From NCBI GenBank assembly GCA_020636135.1, contig JACJYK010000001.1, positions 2,930,924 through 2,994,923 of the forward strand: a stretch of 64,000 nt of DNA, read 5' to 3'. The position numbers and the translations under genes were made by a program. Of the stretch, positions 30,644 through 40,065 are shown piece after piece. This DNA comes from Lewinellaceae bacterium. GTDB lineage: Bacteria > Bacteroidota > Bacteroidia > Chitinophagales > Saprospiraceae. Below the pieces are notes generated by a model, which saw only the letters and a list, made by a program, of their open reading frames with translations, made no database searches and had not been told where the DNA came from. Each line of letters starts with the position of its first letter. Within the stretch, counting starts at the first letter, position 1.

Positions 30644-31243
30644 ATGACTTCGATGACTCTAGCGGAATGGTGGAATGGATTGTCTCCGATCGAGCACATT
30701 TTTTGGGGTGTCGCTGTCATTGCAACCACATTATTCCTCATCCAATTTGTTCTTAGCCTGGTCGGATTGGGCACCGACGGGGCGCTTGACATGGAACATG
30801 ACAGCCTGGAAAATGACCTGGCGCTGGAACATGAATTCAGTTTGTTCTCCATCCGCAGTATCCTGGCCTTTTTTACCTTCTTTGGGTGGATCGGCATATT
30901 GGTCTTCGACAATGCCCAGAATGCTACGCTGGCCCTACTGGTAGCACTGATTGCCGGCATAGCGGCCATGTCTACCGTGGCTTACATCATGTATCTGCTG
31001 CATAAGCTGGAAGAAGAAGGTACACTCCATATGGAATCTGCCATTGGCAGCAGTGGAGAAGTTTATTTCTCCATTCCGGAAGAAAAACATGGTCCCGGAA
31101 AAATACACGTAAATATTAACGGCTCCCTGCGTGAAATTGAAGCCTGGACAGAAGGCCACCGCCTGCCCACCGGCACCAAAATACGCATTGTGAGCCTCCT
31201 GAATAAACAATCCGTTCTGGTTACGCCAGACGAATCACTTTGA
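30644..31243 (+). CDS. NfeD-like membrane protein (YuaF-like): 3 TM helices plus a C-terminal OB-fold
   Basis: 199 aa. Three hydrophobic helices, then a soluble beta-rich C-terminus (GEVYFSIPEEKHGPGKIHVNINGSLREIEAWTEG...KIRIVSL). It sits immediately upstream of the flotillin gene. Confidence 0.6.
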   Translation: MTSMTLAEWWNGLSPIEHIFWGVAVIATTLFLIQFVLSLVGLGTDGALDMEHDSLENDLALEHEFSLFSIRSILAFFTFFGWIGILVFDNAQNATLALLVALIAGIAAMSTVAYIMYLLHKLEEEGTLHMESAIGSSGEVYFSIPEEKHGPGKIHVNINGSLREIEAWTEGHRLPTGTKIRIVSLLNKQSVLVTPDESL

Positions 31244-31274
31244 CCCTTTGTTCACGAACTAAACCATTCCTACC

Positions 31275-32726
31275 ATGGTCGAATTAATAACCTCTTTTGT
31301 TGGAATACTATTCCTGCTCAGTATTCTCATCTTTGTTATAGCCCGTTATAAACGTTGTCCTTCCGATAAGATCCTGGTGATCTATGGTAAGACCGGGCAG
31401 GGCTCCGCAAAATGCCTCGCCGGTGGTGCCGCATTCGTCTGGCCCATCATCCAGGGCTATGAATACCTGGACCTGAGTCCCATATCGATAGATGTAGACC
31501 TGAAAGGCGCGTTGAGTAAGCAAAATATCCGTGTCAATGTACCCTCACGGTTCACCGTAGCCATATCCAACGAAGAAGGAACCATGTTGAATGCCGCGGA
31601 ACGTTTGCTTGGGAAAACCACGGAATCCATCCGGGATATCGCGAAGGATATCATCTTCGGACAGCTCCGTCTGGTGGTAGCCACGATGGATATTGAAGAA
31701 ATCAACTCGGATCGGGATAAATTTTTGTCCAACGTATCGCAAAACGTGGGCGCCGAATTACGCAAGATCGGCTTGACCCTGATCAACGTAAACGTTACCG
31801 ACATTCAGGATGAATCCGGTTACATTGAAGCTTTGGGTAAAGAAGCGGCCGCCAAAGCCATCAACGACGCCAAACAAAGCGTGGCCCAGAAAAACCGCGA
31901 CGGTTCCATCGGAGAAGCCATTGCCTTCAAAGACGAACGTATCCAGGTTTCTTCCGCTGAAGCTGACGCCAAAATTGGTGAAGCAAGCGCCTCTGCTAAA
32001 TCGATCGATGGAGAAAACGATGCAAAAATAAAAATTGCCCAATCCAATGCCGAAAGGCGTCAGAAAGAAGCCGAGTCCCTGCGACTTGCCACTGCTTCGG
32101 AGAAGATCCAGGCCGCAAAAGCACTGGAAGAAGCTTACGTAGCGGAAAAAGAAGCGGAGATAGCGCGTGCCGAACGCGAAATGGCAACCAAAAAAGCCGA
32201 CGAGATCGTCCAGGCCGAGATCGCAAAACAAAAACTTGTGATTGAGGCACAAGCCAAGGCCGAACAGACCATTGCGGTCGCGAAAGGTGATGCTGATGCT
32301 ATTTTCCTGCGTCAGGAAGCCCAGGCTAAAGGCCTCTATGAAGTTTTGACCAAACAAGCTGAAGGTTTCCAGCGAATCGTGGAAGCCGCCGGAGGGAACA
32401 ACCGCGATGCCGTATTGATGATGATCGCTGACAAACTTCCAGAGTTGGTACGCACGCAGGTTGATGCAATCAAGAACATGAAGATCGACAAGGTCACGGT
32501 TTGGGAAAATGGCAATGGAGGTGACAACACCTCAACGTCCAAGTTCGTGTCGAGCCTGTATAAATCCATTCCTCCGCTGAATGACCTCTTTAACATGGCT
32601 GGCATGGACCTGCCTGCCTATCTTGGCAAGGTACAGAGTCAGGAGAATGGAAAAAAGGACGACAAAGATCCGGCCGTCCTCAATGAAGCCTCCGAGGCAC
32701 CAAAGGACAAACCGGCCAAGAAGTAA
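31275..32726 (+). CDS. Flotillin-family SPFH/band-7 protein (FloT/YuaG-like)
   Basis: 483 aa. N-terminal TM segment, SPFH domain, long Ala/Glu/Lys-rich coiled-coil (EA-repeat) region and a C-terminal tail. Confidence 0.75.
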   Translation: MVELITSFVGILFLLSILIFVIARYKRCPSDKILVIYGKTGQGSAKCLAGGAAFVWPIIQGYEYLDLSPISIDVDLKGALSKQNIRVNVPSRFTVAISNEEGTMLNAAERLLGKTTESIRDIAKDIIFGQLRLVVATMDIEEINSDRDKFLSNVSQNVGAELRKIGLTLINVNVTDIQDESGYIEALGKEAAAKAINDAKQSVAQKNRDGSIGEAIAFKDERIQVSSAEADAKIGEASASAKSIDGENDAKIKIAQSNAERRQKEAESLRLATASEKIQAAKALEEAYVAEKEAEIARAEREMATKKADEIVQAEIAKQKLVIEAQAKAEQTIAVAKGDADAIFLRQEAQAKGLYEVLTKQAEGFQRIVEAAGGNNRDAVLMMIADKLPELVRTQVDAIKNMKIDKVTVWENGNGGDNTSTSKFVSSLYKSIPPLNDLFNMAGMDLPAYLGKVQSQENGKKDDKDPAVLNEASEAPKDKPAKK

Positions 32727-32840
32727 CCGGTAAATTAGTCCGGTACATTCCTGAAAGTTGATTGGAAATACACCAATCCGCGATCAACACCGGTATGGAC
32801 TTAAATCGTACCTTCGCCAGCTTATCCGTACTGTATTACG

Positions 32841-33725
32841 ATGAATTGGCGCTCTGTTCTGGTGTTAGTGTTTTTAAGCCTTACCTGGGGTAGTTCATTT
32901 ATCCTGATCAAGAAGAGCCTGACCGGCTTCAACCCTTATCAGATGGTTGCTATCCGGTTAAGTCTGACCGGTCTGTTGTTTTTACCCTGGACCATCTATC
33001 GCTGGCGCAAGATCCAATGGGAACGCTGGCCCGCCCTGCTGGTGGTAGGGTTTGTAGGCAGCCTGATCCCTTTCACGCTCTACGGATGGGGCGAGACGCG
33101 GGTATCGTCTTCTGTTGCGGGCATCATCAATGCATTGACACCCATCTTTACCATGATCATCGGCATTCTGCTGTTCAGTCTCCGGTTCAGCAGCCGGCAA
33201 TTGGGAGGAATCCTCCTGGGATTGGCAGGAGCCTTTGGGCTGATCCTGATGCAAAACCAGTCCGGTTCCGGAAATTCTTTCGGTTACAGCATGCTCATGG
33301 TCATCGCCACCATGTGCTACGGCACAAGTGCCAACACCGTTAAGGCAAAGCTTGGCGAAATGCATGCGGTTGACATCACTGCAGTGACGTTCCTGTTGAC
33401 GGCCATACCCAGTATTTTGTTTCTATTGTTACCAGTCAATTCCAACCATCTGCTCCACAGTGAAGCGGCCCGGGAGGCACTGGTTTATGTCCTGATCCTG
33501 GTACTGGCAGGGACTGCGATGGCTACCGTATTGTATTATTATCTCGTCCAGATCACCACTCCGATTTTTGCTTCCATGGTCAGCTACTTTATGCCGATCG
33601 TTGCAGTTTTGTGGGGCGCCCTGGATGGAGAGATCATCCGCGGGCAACATTTTCTGGCCATAGGATGCATTCTCGCCGGGGTTTACCTGGTTCAGCGTCG
33701 TCCCAAAAAAGCATTGCCTGGTTAG
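32841..33725 (+). CDS. DMT-superfamily (EamA-like) transporter
   Basis: 294 aa with 10 predicted TM helices and the duplicated EamA architecture. Confidence 0.7.
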   Translation: MNWRSVLVLVFLSLTWGSSFILIKKSLTGFNPYQMVAIRLSLTGLLFLPWTIYRWRKIQWERWPALLVVGFVGSLIPFTLYGWGETRVSSSVAGIINALTPIFTMIIGILLFSLRFSSRQLGGILLGLAGAFGLILMQNQSGSGNSFGYSMLMVIATMCYGTSANTVKAKLGEMHAVDITAVTFLLTAIPSILFLLLPVNSNHLLHSEAAREALVYVLILVLAGTAMATVLYYYLVQITTPIFASMVSYFMPIVAVLWGALDGEIIRGQHFLAIGCILAGVYLVQRRPKKALPG

Positions 33726-33875
33726 CCCCATAATTTAAAAGGAACAAATATGCAGGCCCGGTAACACAATCTGTGGGTGAATTGAATCGTTATCGTTTAA
33801 TAGGGTACACCATTTACACGAATAAGGCTTTCTCATTTTTAGTTTGTACGAATCATCAGCGGACCAGGATGTTTA

Positions 33876-34775
33876 TTGATTGTTGAACCCAAAAACAAAC
33901 ACATGAGGACCGCAGTAAATCGTTTTGATCCCATCTATGATGTCCAGTTTATGCCGGACAGGCCTGTTAAGTTACCTTCCAAATCGTACATTCCTGCCCT
34001 GCAGCAGTCTCCGCTCTATCAGAAGCTGCTTCGACCATTCCCCTATTCCACAAAAAATCTGATCCTGCGACTGAGCCAGTTTGCCGAGATCAATCATTCT
34101 TTTGCGGATCCTCACGTCCGCCGGTTGGTTATGATCATGCTGGAGCAGAACTGGACCCCGCAAGGATTCGCACTCTCGCAGGATGCTGCGGAGATCGATG
34201 CCATTTACAATGCGATCCAGACAACTCTGCTGATCCGTTTGGGGCTTCCGGATCATGACCTGCTACGGGTAGGCATTAATTCAATCGTAAATACCCAACC
34301 CATGCGGTGCCACGGGACAGAATTGAATGGCGGATCTGTTTCACAGCAGCAAAAAGTGACCTGCATTCACAGCATCACCAAATCGTTGATTGCCCTCTCC
34401 GTCTACCAGGATCGCTATCCCGGTAAGTGGACATTCCGCATGCAGGAAAAGCTGGAAGAAGGGCTGGATTACCTGCTTTTCAATAATCTTTTTCTGGACC
34501 ATCGTCTGGATCTCAACCTGCAGCACCTGGTATTTCCATTCTATCCGCAAACCAGCTGGCTGGAAATGTTACGGCTGATGCGGGACCAGCACCGGCTGAA
34601 GCATCCGGGTTGCCGTAAAGCATTGCAGTGGCTGCAAAGCAATCAGCAGGAGGACCATTTTTGGTATACCACCCCCGGACAGCCATTACCGGGCTGGGTC
34701 AGCTTCGATGACAATTACGAACCTTCCCTGTGGATCACCCACCTGGCCGATGATATTTTGCTTCAGGCGGCCTGA
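33876..34775 (+). CDS. Hypothetical protein with no recognisable domain
   Basis: 299 aa, no signal peptide. The start may be at 33903 (MRTAVNRF...). I recognise no motifs. Confidence 0.4.
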   Translation: MIVEPKNKHMRTAVNRFDPIYDVQFMPDRPVKLPSKSYIPALQQSPLYQKLLRPFPYSTKNLILRLSQFAEINHSFADPHVRRLVMIMLEQNWTPQGFALSQDAAEIDAIYNAIQTTLLIRLGLPDHDLLRVGINSIVNTQPMRCHGTELNGGSVSQQQKVTCIHSITKSLIALSVYQDRYPGKWTFRMQEKLEEGLDYLLFNNLFLDHRLDLNLQHLVFPFYPQTSWLEMLRLMRDQHRLKHPGCRKALQWLQSNQQEDHFWYTTPGQPLPGWVSFDDNYEPSLWITHLADDILLQAA

Positions 34776-35072
34776 GTCTTCACATCCCAGGTTAAAGCTT
34801 AATGATTTTAGTCCAGCTTCGTAAATGGAGTATGCGATGCAATAGGCATTCTGATTTTGATTGACCATTTGTGGAAACTCCATATTTTGAAGGATAAGTA
34901 TGTGCATGATATTATCATATTTTAGGAGACTTTGTCCTTAAGCAATGCACTTAAATTGCACTAAGTGCACGCTTCCATTATTCATTTAATTTAATTCCTA
35001 AACCATTTCTTCTGGCAAACCAGATTGTATAGCCAGCGGGTGGTTTTATTTTACCATTAGATTATTTGAAGT

Positions 35073-35846
35073 ATGCTAAGTAAACAAGAAATAGAGCATT
35101 TTATTCATAAAGGTTTTATTCAACTTGATGATTCATTTTCCAAGGAAATGGCAGATGCTGCATTAGAAATCCTTTGGAATGACCTGCCCTGTGAGAGGTC
35201 GGACCCGTCGACCTGGATTGAGCCTGTAATTCGTTTGGGAATGTACACCGATGAACCTTTTATTTATTCTGTGAATACTCCAAAGCTGCATGATGCATTT
35301 AATCAATTGATTGGTAAGGACAAATGGATACCTTGCCTTAACGTTGGAACATTTCCTGTCAGATTTCCATCCGGTAAACTACCTGACGATACCGGCAGAC
35401 ATGTGGATGCAAGTTTTCCGGGAAATGACCCGAATAATTTTTTTGAATGGCGGGTTAATATCAAATCAAAAGGTCGGGCATTGTTGATGTTGATTTTATA
35501 TTCCGATGTCAGCGAAAATGATGCCCCAACCGTCATTTATGAAGGTTCTCATATCGATGTTGCACGGCTATTATCCAGCGAAGGTGATGAAGGTCTTTCT
35601 TTTGTGGAGCTGGCAGGGAAATTAGAGGAGTTACCAAATAGAAATGAAGTTTTTGCGACTGGTAATGCTGGAACTGTTTACCTGTGTCATCCCTTTCTGG
35701 TTCACGCAGCCCAACAACACAGGGGTAGTACTCCTAAATTTATGGCACAACCACCATTATTGTTACGAGGTGAATTGTCGGTTACAGATTCAGATGTTGC
35801 ACATTCTCCTGTCGAAAGAGCTATTCGTATGGGAATACTTGAGTGA
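35073..35846 (+). CDS. Phytanoyl-CoA dioxygenase (PhyH) family Fe(II)/2-oxoglutarate-dependent oxygenase
   Basis: 257 aa. N-terminal SKQEIEHFIHKGFIQLDD is typical of PhyH. An HxD iron-binding motif (RHVDASF) and a later conserved His (CHPFLVHAA) are present. The gene and both flanks are markedly AT-richer than their surroundings. Confidence 0.65.
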   Translation: MLSKQEIEHFIHKGFIQLDDSFSKEMADAALEILWNDLPCERSDPSTWIEPVIRLGMYTDEPFIYSVNTPKLHDAFNQLIGKDKWIPCLNVGTFPVRFPSGKLPDDTGRHVDASFPGNDPNNFFEWRVNIKSKGRALLMLILYSDVSENDAPTVIYEGSHIDVARLLSSEGDEGLSFVELAGKLEELPNRNEVFATGNAGTVYLCHPFLVHAAQQHRGSTPKFMAQPPLLLRGELSVTDSDVAHSPVERAIRMGILE

Positions 35847-35998
35847 TAATGATGATCTTAATTAAAGTCATAAAGTAAGTTGTGTTTTAACTGCCTCTTT
35901 TTTTGTGGAACGTCTGTGGCCAATCCCTGTTATCTTGTGTGCCTGGTCATAATCTAACCAGGTTGTAACATAGCACGGACATCATCCGTATCTAAAGC

Positions 35999-37519
35999 AT
36001 GAAGGTTTCGAAGCTAACGATAGGATTAGGCATTTTGGCCATAAGCCATATTGTGTTGCGTCTGGCGATCCCCCATCCGGGATTTATGCGCGATGAATTA
36101 TTGTACCTCGTACAAGGACGGCACCTTTCCTTTGGCTATGCGTCGGTACCACCATTGACGGCATGGATTGCGAAGATTTTTTCGGTCCTCTTTGGTACAA
36201 CCATCTGGGCAGCCAAAGTTTATCCGGCACTGCTGAGTGGGGTGATGGTTTTCCTGGTTGCCGGGATCTCCAGGGAGATTGGTGGAGATCGAAAGGGGAT
36301 GCTTTTAAGCGTAACGGGCTATTCTGTCGGTGCACTTTATTTCCGGTCGTTTTATTTATTCCAACCGGTATGTACAGATATTTTCCTCTGGACCTTGAAC
36401 TGGTATCTGATCCTGAGGATCATAAATGGACATCCGAGGGCATGGTATGCATTGGGGCTGTGCATTGGGCTGGGATTATTGAATAAATATCTGCTTGGGT
36501 TACAAGTTCTGGGACTGCTGATCTTCCTGCCATTCACCCCTTACCGCAACTGGTTCAGACTGCGATCTTTCTGGTACGCCTCCGGTATTGTGGTTATCCT
36601 CTTTCTTCCCAATATCATCTGGCAAACAGAACATCACTGGCCATTGATTCGCCATCTGCAGACCCTGCACGATAAACAACTGGTCCATGTAGAGGCATCA
36701 GGTTTCCTGTCGGACCAGCTTCTGATGCCCTTTGCCGGCATCTTGCTGACCATTCCGGGCCTGATCGCTTTGTGTTTCTCACCCGGCCTCAAACCCTACC
36801 GGTTCCTGAGTTGGGTAATCCTATCGGTATTTTTATTCCTGTTTATGGTAAACGGGAAAAGCTATTATACGGCTGGCCTGTTCATTCCATTGATTGCTGC
36901 CGGCGCCTGGTGGTGGTCTTCCCTTTTAAAGAAAGAATGGATGGCATGGGTTATGATTTCGGTTATGGTGATCCTCACGTTGCCGGTTTTGCCCATTGTT
37001 CTTCCGGTTTTCAGTGTAGAGCGCCTGGCAGCTTATTATGACCGGCTCGAATCCAAATATGGGGTCAATGTCGGCCGGCGATTTGAAGACGGAACCAATC
37101 ATGCACTTCCCCAGGATTTTTCCGATATGCTGGGCTGGGATGACATAGCCCGGGCTGCGGAGAAAGCTTATTCGATGGCCGACCCAAAGAGCACTATTAT
37201 TTATGCTGAGAATTATGGCCAGGCTGGCGCGGTTGCTATCCTGGGTCAAGGATTACCGGAACCTGTGAGTTTTCATGAAAGCTATTTGTACTGGGCACCA
37301 AGGAAACTCTCTCCTGACGTCAATACCCTGATCTACATCAATGATGAATTGGGTGAAGATGTGGCATCTTTTTTTGGTCAGGTGGATTCGATCGGCCAGG
37401 TCACGAATCCTTTAGCCCGTGAATTCGGAACCAGGGTTTATTTGTGTACGAAGCCCACTGCATCAGTCCAGGACTTGTGGCAAAGTGCTCTCGATCGGGT
37501 TGGAGATAATCCTTTTTAA
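35999..37519 (+). CDS. Glycosyltransferase family 39 (ArnT/PMT-like) integral membrane glycosyltransferase
   Basis: 506 aa, polytopic. N-terminal LRLAIPHPGFMRDELLYL contains the DE motif typical of the first loop of ArnT/PMT-type GT-C enzymes. Confidence 0.6.
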   Translation: MKVSKLTIGLGILAISHIVLRLAIPHPGFMRDELLYLVQGRHLSFGYASVPPLTAWIAKIFSVLFGTTIWAAKVYPALLSGVMVFLVAGISREIGGDRKGMLLSVTGYSVGALYFRSFYLFQPVCTDIFLWTLNWYLILRIINGHPRAWYALGLCIGLGLLNKYLLGLQVLGLLIFLPFTPYRNWFRLRSFWYASGIVVILFLPNIIWQTEHHWPLIRHLQTLHDKQLVHVEASGFLSDQLLMPFAGILLTIPGLIALCFSPGLKPYRFLSWVILSVFLFLFMVNGKSYYTAGLFIPLIAAGAWWWSSLLKKEWMAWVMISVMVILTLPVLPIVLPVFSVERLAAYYDRLESKYGVNVGRRFEDGTNHALPQDFSDMLGWDDIARAAEKAYSMADPKSTIIYAENYGQAGAVAILGQGLPEPVSFHESYLYWAPRKLSPDVNTLIYINDELGEDVASFFGQVDSIGQVTNPLAREFGTRVYLCTKPTASVQDLWQSALDRVGDNPF

Positions 37520-37537
37520 GGATTATAAAAAATGAAA

Positions 37538-37564
37538 AGCCCTCCAACAGGATCGGAGGGCTTG
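37538..37564. terminator. Hairpin terminator between the convergent GT39 and gamma-carbonic-anhydrase genes
   Basis: AGCCCTCC-aacaggatc-GGAGGGCT, with an A-run on the plus side (a U-tract for the minus-strand transcript). Confidence 0.55.
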
Positions 37565-37665
37565 AACACACTATGAGAACACCCTAATATTCTAACGAAG
37601 GTAAGTAAAAAATATCTAAAAGAAAATACTTGTCAAGAACGTTTTTTCCTTCTAAAATTTGTTAA

Positions 37666-38187
37666 TCAACCTGGATTTCGAAACCATTCTGCGTAAGCAA
37701 CATAATTCGCCGCTGTTCTGGTAATATAAAATTTGGCGGTTTCCGGATCCAGTTCCTTTACTTTTTTAGCCGGAACACCGGCATAAATGAACCCGGATTC
37801 CAGGATGGTCTTTTCCAACACGACGGCACCGGCAGCGATCAGACAATTGGACTGTGCCACCACATTATCCATCACGATAGCTCCCATACCTACCAGCACA
37901 TTGTCTTCCAATGTACAGCCATGGACCAATGCCAGATGGCCAATGCTTACATGGTTACCAATATATGTGCCAGTTTTTTCATACGTACAATGGATCACCG
38001 CGCCATCCTGGATGTTGACCTGATTACCAATGCGGATCTCATTTACATCACCGCGGATAACTGCGTTGTACCAGACCGAACACTGATCGCCCAGAATGAC
38101 ATCGCCCAGAACAGTAGCCGTTTCCGCGAGGAAACAATCTTCACCCCATTTCGGTGTAAAACCCCTTATGGTCCTGATCAGCGCCAT
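37666..38187 (-). CDS. Gamma-carbonic-anhydrase-family protein (left-handed beta-helix, hexapeptide repeats; YrdA/PaaY-like)
   Basis: 173 aa. Hexapeptide repeats with conserved histidines (IGNQVNIQDGAVIHC, HLALVHGC). Confidence 0.75.
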   Translation of the reverse strand: MALIRTIRGFTPKWGEDCFLAETATVLGDVILGDQCSVWYNAVIRGDVNEIRIGNQVNIQDGAVIHCTYEKTGTYIGNHVSIGHLALVHGCTLEDNVLVGMGAIVMDNVVAQSNCLIAAGAVVLEKTILESGFIYAGVPAKKVKELDPETAKFYITRTAANYVAYAEWFRNPG

Positions 38188-38189
38188 CG

Positions 38190-39155
38190 TTACATTTTTT
38201 GACTTTGTGGTAAGGGTTTCAACAGTGGTTTCACCGTATAGCCAGCCTGCATCAGTAAGCGCAGCACACCGTGAGGCCCCCCCAGATGACCCGCGCCAAC
38301 GGCAAAGAAGGTGGGCTTATCCGTCATCATCTTTCTCATTTCGGGTATCCAGTTGCGATTGCGGTTCTCCACGAGCATACGCTCGTATCCGCCTACACCC
38401 TGGCCTTCGTCGTTGATCATGGTGTGCATTGATTCGATGTCCTGTTTCAGATACATATCCATCATCTGGTTAAACTGATCACTGCCTTCGTCATTCATCT
38501 GAATACTTTCAACCAGCATCTTAGCCTGTTCGGCGTACGGAATGCTGTCAAACAAACTGAGTTGGTAGTCCACGGTTTCCAATCCGCCGATTTCCAGGTT
38601 CTTTTCTTTCGCCCGGTCAAAGAGCTCAAATTCGTAACTCTTGATAGACCCATCATCCATACTGCCAGCTTCTACGTCGGGAGAGGCGAACGCAGTGAGG
38701 AACATGGGCTTGATGCGCTCCAGCATCATAATGGGTAAACCCTTTTCATTAAAATAGTCCTCCACGACTTTATAATCTTCAGCGGAAAGCAAGTCACTCA
38801 ACTTCACGCCACCATTCATCATGGCTTTGGTGACCAGAGACATCATCACACTCATATCCGACATATCTTCCATGTTGATCTCGAACGTCATCCGCTGACT
38901 CTTATCAATCGCCTGCAGAGCTTGTTCGGGTAAAAAGAACTTGTCCTTGTCGATGATGTGAATGGTACCAAAAAGGTAGGAGGGAGTCGCCAGCGAATTT
39001 CCGGAAATTTCCCACAACAAAGAGTTTGCAAGAGGTGTCGTATCCTGAGCTGAAATAGCGGGTGTGCCTGTTGCCGCAATTACCCTCCCGGAGGAACACT
39101 GCAAAATGGTTGCAATCCCGGTCAGGAATAATATGGTTGAAAAGAGGTTTCTGAT
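38190..39155 (-). CDS. TraB/GumN family protein (secreted)
   Basis: ORF 38190-39197. The internal start MIRNLFSTILFLTGIATILQC gives a signal peptide and avoids overlapping rlmB. A GumN-like erfK/pheromone-shutdown-related fold is suggested by LFGTIHI. Confidence 0.6.
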   Translation of the reverse strand: MRNLFSTILFLTGIATILQCSSGRVIAATGTPAISAQDTTPLANSLLWEISGNSLATPSYLFGTIHIIDKDKFFLPEQALQAIDKSQRMTFEINMEDMSDMSVMMSLVTKAMMNGGVKLSDLLSAEDYKVVEDYFNEKGLPIMMLERIKPMFLTAFASPDVEAGSMDDGSIKSYEFELFDRAKEKNLEIGGLETVDYQLSLFDSIPYAEQAKMLVESIQMNDEGSDQFNQMMDMYLKQDIESMHTMINDEGQGVGGYERMLVENRNRNWIPEMRKMMTDKPTFFAVGAGHLGGPHGVLRLLMQAGYTVKPLLKPLPQSQKM

Positions 39156-39168
39156 CATCGATGCAGGT

Positions 39169-39939
39169 TTACCGTAATGAACCCGAATCCGGGCCAAAAG
39201 ATTTTATGCGGGCCTTAAAAATTTCATAGAAGATAATTCCGGATGCTACCGAAGCATTCAGCGAATCAAAGGATCTGGCCTGTGGAATGATAAATTGCCG
39301 GTCAGACCGTTTTGCCAGTGCATTTTGTATCCCCTCCCCTTCTGATCCAATGATCACCATCATCGGCTCCGTCAGATCCAGCTCTTCCAGCGACATTTCA
39401 GCCTGGAGATCGCTGGCGTATACCTGACAGCCACTGGCCTGCACATACAGCAGTGTGTTGACCAGGCTTGAAACACGGCAAACCGGTAGTTTCAATAAAG
39501 CACCGGCGCTGGCTTTGACGGCAATCTCATTGATCGGGGCATTGTTTTTCATACCTACGATCAGAGCATCCACCCCCAACACCCAGGCTGATCGGGCAAT
39601 GGCTCCCAGATTTCGGGCATCCTGAATGCCATCCAGCATGACCAGTAAAGGGACTTTTCCTGTCTCAAATAAATCAGGCAACACCTGCTCCAGTATCTGG
39701 TATTGGACCGGGGCAATCAGAGCAGCGATCCCCTGGTGAGCGCCGGAGACCATTTTGCGCATTTTATCTTTCGGCACGACAGACAGCGGGATACCCCTGC
39801 TTTTACAGGTGTGCCTTAAAAATTTTTCTACTTCTCCGGTTATGCCTTGCTGCAGGAAGACTTTTTCAATCTCGATGCCGCTTTGCAAAGCCTCCTCGAC
39901 GGGGTTGCGGCCAATGATCCATTGTGACGATGCTGCCAT
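39169..39939 (-). CDS. rlmB: 23S rRNA (guanosine-2'-O)-methyltransferase RlmB (SpoU/TrmH family)
   Basis: ORF 39169-39954. The start is MAASSQWIIGRNPVEEAL. SPOUT knot motifs are present (LVMLDGIQDARNLGAIARSA, IIGSEGEG). Confidence 0.8.
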   Translation of the reverse strand: MAASSQWIIGRNPVEEALQSGIEIEKVFLQQGITGEVEKFLRHTCKSRGIPLSVVPKDKMRKMVSGAHQGIAALIAPVQYQILEQVLPDLFETGKVPLLVMLDGIQDARNLGAIARSAWVLGVDALIVGMKNNAPINEIAVKASAGALLKLPVCRVSSLVNTLLYVQASGCQVYASDLQAEMSLEELDLTEPMMVIIGSEGEGIQNALAKRSDRQFIIPQARSFDSLNASVASGIIFYEIFKARIKSFGPDSGSLR

Positions 39940-40065
39940 CGTGGAAAAATACAACCCTAATCAGGCATTAGGAAATTTATACCATTCCATATCGTTCATT
40001 TCCTGTAAAATGAACCGTTGTAATGCGGTACCATTATCTTTATGCCTTGAGAATACATTACTGGA

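Noticed and set aside
31758-32357. 199 aa minus-strand ORF with a Gly/Phe-rich low-complexity translation
   Set aside because: It is antisense to the flotillin EA-repeat coiled-coil region. It is an artefact of the GC/AG-rich repeat.
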